Source: Phoronis australis
Taxonomy: Eukaryota > Animalia > Phoronida
Assembly: GCA_002633005.1 (NCBI GenBank)
Contig: NMRA01000197.1
Location: 384,534 to 448,533, forward strand
Direction of reading: 5' to 3'
DNA length: 64,000 nt
In this document: positions 37,808-48,900 of the stretch, piece after piece
Layout of the letters: every line of letters starts with the position of its first letter
How positions within the stretch are numbered: position 1 is the stretch's first letter
The notes under the pieces: model-generated
What the model was told of the DNA's origin: nothing
Seen by the model: only the letters and a program-made list of their open reading frames with translations
The model's database searches: none
Made by a program: the position numbers and the translations under genes

Positions 37808-40800
37808 ATGCCTGCAAACTCTAAAACGTGGAAGGTGTTCGTGATGGGCAGTGCTGCTACTGGGAAGACATCTTTACTTGAGCAGTTGATCTATGGCAGT
37901 CACATCAAAGGTTCTGTAAGTAAGAACAAATCTCAGAAATATTTAATTGAGAGCTTGGAAGCAACTTCTGCTTTGTTGGTCAGACCAAATTGAGCTGACA
38001 AAGAAGAAATGAAATATGTTTCAGTCACCGAGATTTTGTGACAGTGGCCTTTTTGCCATTTGCCCTCTCCATTGTCATTTGCATGGACTAAGGGGACTAG
38101 CTGTGTTTGTTTTAAGAGTCAGGAATACAGATTTACTGTCAAATAGCCCTGTGTGAACACTTTGTACAAAAGTAATATACTTTTTGCTTTAAAGGTCTAT
38201 TTTGCCCTGTTTTGCTGAATGATAAGAATGAAAATGGAGTTACGGCTTTTACTGCTATCAAATTGGACAGGATTCTTTCTCCATTACCATGTGAAGTCTC
38301 AGGCAATGCATACATGCCAACCTTCAATAAACTCTGAAGTGTTGTTTGAGTGTCACTGATGGTTTGCTTGAGTTAATAGTAATGATTTTGACATTCTTGT
38401 TTGAAAATAGAATCCTATCACAATTCAAGAATATTGTGAGATAAAATTTTCGAGAATAAAAATTCCGAATTTGTTTTTAGCCAGCTAAGCAGGACAAGTG
38501 CAGCTTTAAGTGTTGAATAATGCAGCCACACAACTGGTTGTTTTGGCTTATGGAAGGTTGAAACTAGGCTTCCCATTCTTAACTGTCTAAATATCCTTGA
38601 ATTATACATGGTGTTGTGAAAAATTACAAAATGTTCTTATAATTGATGATTAAGTGATGAACTCTTACTATATATTTCAACAATTTAATCCTCTTTATAA
38701 TCAACCAAGGCCAGATAAGTCTGTTGGATAAGCAATCAAGCTTTTTTCTCTTGTTATATAATGGAAGTACACACTTTTGTTTAGTGAATTACTTTACTCA
38801 TTTATTGCAGGCGATGTCTCCAACAATTGAGGATATCTACATTGCCAACATTGAAACTGATCGTAGTGTGAAGGAGAGAGTGAGGTTCTATGACACGGCT
38901 CCTGTGGTTAGTTACGTTCATCAACAATAGTAACACAGACAAAATGAAAGACATTTCTTGACAGTTTTGTATTGAGAATCTATGCTTAGTCACAATTTGA
39001 CTACCAGTTTGTCTCTTATAAACTCTGACTACAATGTGTCTGTCAAAATAACCTCTTTTATTGAATAATAATTATGTCTTTAGTCTTCCAAGCTGAAGAA
39101 CTATAAGTTTAGTGATTCTTGGCAGTTTTGTGTTCTTTTCTCTGCAGTTGGAAGTCGGTAATTCACATATGTTATTTGTGTTACTTGTCCAATTCAAACT
39201 TACGTCTGGACATGTTATACATATTTTTCTGATGTTAAATTCTGGATGTTTTAACAATGGAATCTAATCCTACGTTGTAGTTTAGGTTAAGCTGAAGTCA
39301 CAAACTTCAAACTGGACAAAGTCAAGTTAGCAGCAGTGAATCTTTTCTGTTGAAGCAGTCAGTGGTCTTTTTTCAGTCCGTGCATCATGTGTTTTTAGAA
39401 ACACTAACTCCCCTTATAAAGCAACCAAAGTTCAGGTTTCCACCCCCAAGGGTGAACCAAAACACGGGGTTCCACTCCTAAGGGTGAACCAAACAATGAA
39501 ATCTACTGTACTCCATTAGAATAATGAGATTGAAAGATGAAGATACCTTTTGGAGGTTGATGGTTTTGATGTGTGGGCAAGACAGGGTACTCCTATATCA
39601 TGAACTGGTTTGCTAGTTGTATTTGCTCTAAAGGTATCTTAATCTTCTGTTTTCAAGGAAAACAATCATAATTTTCACGGATGGTGCTACATATAAGCAT
39701 TGACATAAGTCCTCCTATAGATTTCTATTTGTTCACAATCTCTTGTCATACGTAGCATTACCAAGCCATGGAAATGGTGGTGATTTATTTGAATCTTTTC
39801 TCGACTGAATGTTTTTACGTTGTAGGATTTGAATGAACCTGAGCTGCAGAAACAGTATGTAAGCTACGCTGATGTAAGTACAATTGTATTAATTGTGGTG
39901 TCTGTCTAATAGTAACAGCACCACCTAGTGTTTGGGCATGGTACTTGCCTATCTGGACTTGGAAACATCTGTCATTTATGTTGCTCATCTAACTTATTGA
40001 ATTTGGTTCTTATTAATAATTTTTCGTCACATCGAACTTCTGAAAATTGAAAATCACTTGTGACTCTGTCAAGGAGTACAGTAACCTAAATGCTCTCAAA
40101 TGCTTGCTTTGTTCTTTGGAATGTGACCTGAGTTAATCTCATGTGAGCCCTTCAATTATATAGATCTCTTCTAATCTCTGCAAGGTACAACTATACCAAT
40201 TCTATAGTGAATGATCATTATATCTGTTGGCGGTGGTATGCAAGGTGCAAACTCACATGGGTGCAAACTCACATGGGTGCAAATATTAACGAACTCGTGG
40301 AAGTCAGATGTGCATCTTCTCTTAAAGTGGCAATAAACCCTCACATTCTGTTAAAAACAACTTTCGACTTGGGCTACTTACATGTACCTTGTTAACAAAC
40401 CAGTCTCATCTTGTTCCTTACTAAGATTAGAAAATGATTTCTTGGCTTGAGAAGAACTGTCGTGTTGTTTTTGCTAAAGAACATGTCTGTTAAGTTGTGT
40501 GCCGTGGAGGTTTAGGCAGTATGGCCATCAGGGAAATTCTATGCAACTGATTGTAACCAATTTCTATTCAGACAAAGATAAGAACGCCATGATGTTGCTT
40601 TGGAAATGCAAATTTGTCTGTAAAGGAAGTTGATGTTTTTTGAAACAAGTACACCATGTAAAACAAATTTAATTTCGACAATGTTCAATGCTATAGTTAT
40701 TTTTCTTTTTGCACACAACCCTTCAGATCAGTTGGATTACTCATTTCTTGGATAGAATCTCGAGAAAAATGCAATTTTTAGTGCAAAGTACATTTTCCCC

Positions 40801-43800
40801 CTATGTTACAAAGGAAATGCTTGATGAAAAAGTTACGTCATGTGTGTATGTGCAGTGTAAACAGTTTGAGTGTTGCTGTTTCAGGGAATAGTGTTGATCT
40901 ACGATGTAACTTGCTGTTTCAGGGAATAGTGTTGATCTACGATGTCACTTGCTGTTTCAGGGAATAGTGTTGATCTACGATGTCACTTGCTGTTTCAGGG
41001 AATAGTGTTGATCTACGATGTCACTTGCTGTTTCAGGGAATAGTGTTGATCTACGATGTCACTAGCTGGGACTCATTCCACTGCATCAATAAACTGAAAA
41101 AGGAGATTGATAAAAATAGAGAAAAGAAAGAGGTAAATGATGGGGTACACAGCCGTGTTACCGCCACGTTGTATTCTTGGTGTTCTTACCTAAATTAATT
41201 AATCTTTTTGGTTTGTTATTGTCACTATGGTTCCATTTTTATATTTTTACAGTAATAAAATACAGCTTTGGTAAGCCGCTTCTAAGGAATATTTTCTTCC
41301 TACAAACATCATAAACATAAAATCCGTGAAGCAGGCTGATCAAGTCCAGTGAAATGTGCCTGGGTCTGTTTCATGTAAAGGAACTTGAGGCAATCTCTTA
41401 AAAATAATTATTTATCACATTTGATCAAAAGTGCACGGCCATTAAACAGGTGCACGTAACTGCTAGTTAATGAGATAATTTTTTGTGTACTGTGATGCGC
41501 TCATAATTACTTGGCTAAACCTTTATTCAGCAGTTTTAAAGCAGGACTGCAAGGTCAAATTTCTGTCTTAAGCCTTGTGTCACTTTCATGAAATGGACCC
41601 TTGGTCTCAAAATTTCCCCTGCCATGGTAGCTATTGGTGACTATCACAAACAAACAAGACATCACTTGAAGCAGCCTCGTGTGGCCATCCCTCTCCAAAC
41701 TATGCCTTTTAATACTCTGTTTCTATGACAATGACGAGAAAGATCTTATTGAGAAAAGAAGTCATTTTATGTCACAATGTGAAAATTAACTTCCGAGACA
41801 TGACGTGTGGTTGTGTAACCTGGTTGATGATTTGAATTTCATGCAGAAAGTGAGAATACAAGAAAACAAATATGAAGCGCTTTAGCAAATGATGTCATAT
41901 TTACAGTCCATAAGTTTCATACCTTAACGGAAAAGATCGTCAGTGGAGAACCACACACCTGAGAGGTGAACACTGTGGAAGGATTAAGCACGAGAATGGT
42001 AGTCATGGAATTAAACGTTTTTAGAAACTAAATGTCTATAGTATGTAGTGTGCGAAATATCACTTGCCAAAGTGCTTGTTAATGATTTATTTTATCTGTT
42101 TGGCTGAAAATCTGGACCATGAAAAAGGAAATGCCAAATTAATTGAAATTTGTTTTGAAGAAGCTGGGCTCAAACAAATGCAAATAGAGTGAATTTCCCG
42201 CTGTATACAGTGTTTCTGTTTATTTCCAGTTGACAGTTCTTGCGATTGGGAACAAGATTGATCTCTACGACTGTCGACAGGTGGATGCGGAAACTGCAAC
42301 AAAATGGGCTCTTAAAGAAAAAGGTCAATTAGTACTGTGGCTAATTATGGCAGTATTGAGTTGTGCATTATTCTGAGCAGATCATCTGTATGGAGTATTC
42401 ACAATTTTGATTTTCACATTGTATAACACTTTAATTATTGCATGTGATTATTTTAATGCTACTTATTTTTATGGAAAAATGAAGACTGAAATTTCACTTG
42501 GCCACTGTATGGTCTAAATTGGTGAGATTTTACTGTTACATGTTCTAAATCTGTCGTTTTGGTTTTACAGTGAAGCTATATGAAACATCAGTGGACAGCA
42601 GACAAAGTATAGCTGAAGCGTTTATCTGGTTGACATCAAAGATGTCTCAACCTCCAAGTAAGTGTGATTTTAGACAACACATATTTCAATATTTCAATAA
42701 GATCAGGGCTTGGAATGACCAATGGCGAAAAACGCGGAAATTTTTACGGCCCGAAACATGCGCGCAGCCAGCCTTGATAAAGTCGAGAGGACTAAAAAAA
42801 AAAACGGTACCACCTCCGGAAGGGTGCGTCTGCGTCTGTCTTAGCTGGTCCGTCCACTCCCACCTCCGCACATTTTTGGCTGCAGAGTCGTAGTATTTGT
42901 CACCGCTGTTAACAATCACACGAGTCGCCATTGAGGAAATCCACCACGCTATCCCAGATGCCCCGGCAATGTTGACAATTTACCTTCCTCCGAAACATAA
43001 AGAGCAACTTCTGCTTTTCAAGGTGAAAGTCGTCGGCAACGCGGCAGTAAGAAAGAAATTTGCCGCGGAAATTTTATATCAAATCTGATTTCTTTACGCG
43101 GAAATATAATAAAAAAGCGGAAATTCGCGTTTCTGCGGAAAATTCCAAGCCCTGTAAGATGCATCTTTGTTGACTTTTCAAGCAGTTTTCTTAGGTTACT
43201 GTGCACCCACCTTGAGTAAAATGTCACACAAAGCAGTCATATTCTACTGGACAGAGAGACTTCCTGTCAGAATGGAATTTTGAACAAACTAGAACCATGC
43301 CACACAACTTAGTCCCAGTTATTATATTAGTGAAAATCTGACTTTATGTTTAAGTTGTGTGAGTTAATCTTAGTAATTTAGAGCACTTGATATAAATTGA
43401 TTCCATTCTGTTCTTTAGTCTCTACAATATAAGAAGTGATTTATTTGCCTGGCATGAAATTACTGTTGATTATTGCTAGAGACCATGCTAATAAGACAGC
43501 TTGAAGTGAGTAGGAATGACTATAAATTGGCTAGTTCTGTGACACAATGCTAGATGGTTACTGGGGACTTAAGTGTTTTTGACCATTCAACAAATGAATG
43601 AGCTGATATCTCAAAAGCTTGAGAATTTACCCAACTGCAGCGTTGTATCATGAAAATATAAGTTTTATACCATGCTAATCTTACTACAGAGGAATTTTGA
43701 AAGTGTGAACGTTTATTGTATATCTTTGTTTATTTTAAATTTTTTACAGACAAATCTTCCTTTACGTTAAGAAGGAAGCAGCCAGCGCCATCTGCAACTG

Positions 43801-43808
43801 ATACGTGA
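37808..43808 (+). CDS. NKIRAS: NF-kappa-B inhibitor-interacting Ras-like protein (kappaB-Ras), 195 aa
   Basis: Exons 37808-37915, 38811-38906, 39826-39873, 41037-41132, 42230-42323, 42571-42657 and 43750-43808. P-loop GSAATGKT followed by SLLEQLIYG, then PTIEDIY..IETDRSVKERVRFYDT, YADGIVLIYDVT, EIDKNREKKE, G4 GNKID, and KMSQPPNKSSF. No CaaX, as is typical of kappaB-Ras. Confidence 0.93.
40874..41063 (+). repeat. 38-bp tandem repeat (5 copies) spanning the intron/exon junction of NKIRAS coding exon 4
   Basis: Unit tgctgtttcag|ggaatagtgttgatctacgatgtcact. AGs end at 40884, 40922, 40960, 40998 and 41036. Confidence 0.95.
42704..43154. mobile_element. hAT-like MITE with 6-bp TSD
   Basis: TIR CAGGGCTTGGAAT / ATTCCAAGCCCTG. 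TSD taagat at 42698-42703 and 43155-43160. Confidence 0.88.
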
Positions 43809-45244
43809 TTCAGGTGTAAAATGCAAATTGCTGAAAGGAAATGGCAAATGTGAACCAATACAGAAGTAGTATCACATTCTTTGCGAGCTTCATGAAGCTC
43901 TTGATGGACACGTAGACAGTTTTGTGAAGTATGTTCCTGTTCGACTGCCTATCATTTTCTAATGGATGTATCACGAGTATGATACTGCAATTGAGAAGAT
44001 AAAGTTAAAAAATTATTTGAACCAAAGTGTAGTGCAGAAATAACAGACATCAAGGGTTTTCCGGTACGCTTGTGCATATTCGCAAATATGGAAGCTACAC
44101 TCTTGCTGGCGCATGCCAATGACAGTTGAAAATCGAACTGAAATCGTGGTAATTAAAAGGAGGGTTTGTTTAGTTTCTATCATACAATAAAATTTTAACC
44201 AGGACTGGGAGTCTGTTATGCTCTAAGAAGGCAGTGAAAATGGTTTGACTTGATGTTGTCTTGAAAATAAAAAAATGTTCAATTTAAGACCAGTGCTACT
44301 ACAGACTGCATGTCAATGTTTACATTTTAACTAAGGAGCGCACTATTGGATCTTCCCTATCTTTGTTCAAATCATCTTGCAAAACTTCATGGAAACTGAA
44401 TGCCTATAGACTGGGATATAAAGTCAATGGACAAGTCCGGGACACCTCAAGCTCAAATTACTATGAAACCTTGGGTCGTTTTATCAAAGGTTTTGTTTGG
44501 TTATGATGATGATGGTTGGAAAAGTATTGCAAACTTGATGCTGCAGTTTTCAGAAGGGTGAAAACTTTGCAGCTGTTGTTGAGTACAACAGTTTGCACGG
44601 CTAAATTGAATGAAATATTGATCTGTTAAAATCATTCCATGAAAATATGTAATGACTCATTGGCAAAGAAAAACAAAAAACAATACCACATGCCTTTTTT
44701 TACGTATGTCCAGAATTCAAACTACAACATGGCCTTGTATTCAAATATAAGGCCTTCAGTTTTACGGTATAAAAAATCTCAACTTTTTGCGAAAACCCGA
44801 CATCACATATCGAATAACAATTCAAATCCACTGTATCGAGATAGGAAGCGCCTTAGAATGCCAAGGAGATTACTCATTCCAAAATATAATAATAGTCTCG
44901 GTTGGACTGATAATTTGACAGCACTTGGCTACAGAAAGCTTAGGTTCAACCCATCTCAGTTTAACAAGGTAATATAACAAAGGAACTTACTACTGTAACA
45001 GAACACTTTATTTAACATTGATAAATAAAGTAAGTAATATTTGCACTTGGGAACAACATCATGTTGGTGTGAAATTTATTTATTTGGTTGAAACCAATTT
45101 TCTACATATCTTGACAACTTTACATGAAGTTTATAGTGCCTGTGATGAACTTCCCTAGAAGCCTTATTCCATCAAAAAAACCCAAAGTTTGGTTTAGATT
45201 ACTTACTGGGGCTTAGCCTAACCTGAGGTGACTTTAAGAACTGA

Positions 45245-45480
45245 CAGACTGCTCATAACGAGGCTCTATATATGGTCCTGTCACTGCGTGTCATAACCAG
45301 ACTCTACATGTTGCCCTGTTTACAGCGTGTTGTAACGAGGCTCTATATGTTGCCCTGTTTACAGCGTGTCGTAACGAGGCTCTATATGTTGCCCTGTTTA
45401 CAGCGTGTTGTAACGAGGCTCTATATGTTGCCCTGTCATAGCGTGTCATAACCAGCCTCAACATGTTGTTCTGTCACAGC
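45245..45480. repeat. ~41-bp tandem repeat
   Basis: Unit approximately acagcgtgttgtaacgaggctctatatgttgccctgttt, with ~5-6 degenerate copies. Confidence 0.85.
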
Positions 45481-45973
45481 CTGATATTTTGTGCAAGGGG
45501 TAAGGTTTAGAGGTATAGCGAACTGTCAGTTGTTTTGCAAACCCACAAATCCCTTGCCATCAGTGTAAGGACCTAATTTTATTCTGACTAGTAAATGATA
45601 TAAATCGAAAGTTTGCTTCTTCGACAAAACATGGGTTTATAGCTGTTTAACACGACTGGTGTTTCATCAGTCATCCATAATTTATACATGTTCAGGGCAA
45701 TAGTCCTGACTAGTTGAATGTCAATATGATACATACAAAGATTACAGCCAGTATTACATAAATTGTGTACAGTCTGGACATCCATCCAGTCCATCATAAA
45801 TGATACTGCTAACAGTGCGCGCACAGCTTGACTCGTCCATCTCACAATCATAACAAAAAGACGGTATAGGTCCCCGACACTCCTTTTGCATCAGTTTTGC
45901 GACAAATTCTGCAGGCTTTGGCAATCCTGGGAAGTTATTCGACTCTGGTGGTCCAAGAAATCAAAGACGCTCC

Positions 45974-48900
45974 TTAATCTTGTTGCATCATCGCAGCTAT
46001 GACTTTTTCAAATGACCTGGAAAACAGAAATTGAAACATAACTTGGTGTGTTACACAAAAGCACTTTCAAGAATAAGAAATAATTTTCAGGGTTCCATTC
46101 ACCATGCATGAGTCATAAAGTTATTGCGTTCCAATTCTTATTAATGTCAAAAAAATCATGATTTAAGAATCACAAGGGCCAGGTTTTAATCCAAAAACAG
46201 GACATTCAAAATGGGTTTCCCAATTTCTCAGGGCATCCATAACCAATGACTCGTGACCTCAAGTCAAATTGATGTTAAGTGTAGTATTTTGCAGGAAACT
46301 GTTTTGTGCCTAACATCATTTATCTTTATTATTATTTATTCTGGACCGGCCAATGAGCTTCCAGAGCTGCTGCTGACAAGCACGCTTACTTGCTTACTTT
46401 AAGTCAGTGTCCAAATGCTGAACAGGGCATCCTAGCCAGAGTGTCTAAATTTGAGTTAGGTGTCCATTTGCATGCCCTGGACATCATCTAGATGAAGACC
46501 TGGTTTAATCTCTGCTTGAAAGTCCACTCCAAAACTGACCAATTGAATGGCAAACTTTGAGTAAACTTGGAAATTTAAACTTGAAAAATGTAGCGTGATT
46601 GGTTAAGTTTTAAGTTGGGCACGAATTCAGAGATTAAAAACTGGGCCTGGGTGTGGACTGAGTGGCGGTTCAGGAGTCAGGACTACAACTTGTTTAGCGA
46701 CTTGAAGTATTGCTGTAAGGAAGGAATACAGAGTAACTCCCCCTGTCTGTGTATTGTCAGACTTCTCTCTGGCAGTTAACCTGTGCCTAGGCTTGCACAC
46801 ACCAAATGATCAATGCATAATATCAAGGTACCTAAACTACACGGTTAACGGACTCATAAATGGACGCATGAACACAACACACGTACCTGCAAACTCCGTT
46901 CACTGACTCACAAAAACGATCCAATCACCCAAATACATGGGACACGGACTCACATTCACGAAGAAACACGGTTAACGGACCGCCAAACTTGGGTCACGGG
47001 CTCATCGGCTACCTGGGTCAGCTAACATCTACATTTTGTCCGTAAACTGTGTTTGGCGGTCCGTTAACTGTCTTTCTTCGTGAATGTGAGTCCGTGTCCT
47101 GTGTATTTGGGTGAATGAATTGTGTTTTGTGAGTCCATTCCTGTGTTTGTGAGTCAGTGAATGGTGTTTGCAGGTACGTGAGTCGTGTTCATGCGTCTGT
47201 GACCGTGTTTATGAGTCCCTTGACCGTTATGAGTCCGTTGACTGTGTAGTTTAGGTACCTTGAAAATATGGCTTATAAACATTTTTAATTCACACTGAGG
47301 GATCTGTTTGATACAAGCATGTTGGAGCTCATGCAAAAGTAAAATTAGGTCAAGACAAACAAAATTAGGTCAAGCCAAAGTTGCCAACTGCTAGCTTTGA
47401 CAAATAAAGCTGGCCTCGGAAAATACAACAAGAGCAACGCAGAGTGTTGAAATGCGCCCACAATTGCACCGCATACGGTATCCTTCTAGGGTTGTTTATT
47501 GGTACCATAAAGTGGCCAGTAGAGGGCATATATGTAGTATGTTGTACTTTGCAAAATGGAAAGGCATGGTCATTGTCTCCTCAATAGGCTAGGGACAAAA
47601 TGTGAGTGATCTTCATAAAACAAGCACATCCTATGCATCAGTTGCTTAAAGCACCACAGAAACATAGAATTAAAAACAAATTTACCAACATACGAGATTA
47701 GCACAGCATTNNNNNNNNNNNNNNNNNNNNNNNNNNNNNNNNNNNNNNNNNNNNNNNNNNNNNNNNNNNNNNNNNNNNNNNNNNNNNNNNNNNNNNNNNN
47801 NNNNNNNNNNNNNNNNNNNNNNNNNNNNNNNNNNNNNNNNNNNNNNNNNNNNNNNNNNNNNNNNNNNNNNNNNNNNNNNNNNNNNNNNNNNNNNNNNNNN
47901 NNNNNNNNNNNNNNNNNNNNNNNNNNNNNNNNNNNNNNNNNNNNNNNNNNNNNNNNNNNNNNNNNNNNNNNNNNNNNNNNNNNNNNNNNNNNNNNNNNNN
48001 NNNNNNNNNNNNNNNNNNNNNNNNNTGAAGATACAAAGGTAAGCGTAAAAAAATTAAAATTGCCACTAGGGGGCACACCGGTAGTCGGATCCGTCCAAAA
48101 GTCGTCATCTTCCGTTGTTAACATCATATAAATATACTTACACAATTTCGTAACGATCCTGCGAACGGTTTAAGAGATACAGCCATAGGTGCAAAAAAAC
48201 AAAACTGCCACTAGGAGGCGCCACAGTGGTCAAAATCGTCCGAAAATCATCGTCAACCGTCCTCTAGACAGTAAGCATATACATGCCAATTTTCACATTC
48301 ATCCTTTGAGCGGTTTGGTTGATAGATGGGTGGACGCACAAAAACAGACTCAAAAACAATAAAAATGGCCACTAGGTGGCGCAAACTATGTCGAATCCAT
48401 CTGAAAACAGCAGGATAGCGTCATCTCACTAATAGGTGCCTACATACCAAATTTCATGAAAATCCGTTCAGGACTTTTGAAGATACAAAGGTAAGCGTAA
48501 AAAACTAAAATTTCCACTAGGGGGAACACTGGTAGTCAGATCCGTCCGAAAGTTCGCACATGCCGTCCCATTCATGAATGGAACATATGTACCAAATTTC
48601 ATGAACGTAAGTCAAAGGGTTTTGGAGATAGAGCAGCGGACGCCAGACGCCGCCCGGACGGACGGACAGAGATGACGGCATGATGCGTCCACATATAAAT
48701 ATGTGGGCGCATAAAAATCGCATGCAATCAGTTACTGCATATGTGGTCTACTGTGTAAATGGTAAAGTGCCATGTTTAAAAGACATTCTAGACAAAAACA
48801 AATTAGGAATTAGCAGCCAAAACCCAAGCGCTGATGGCTCGTCTGTCATCATTGTTAGTCATAATGGGTAACCTTTTACTGACAACTGTATATTAATTAA

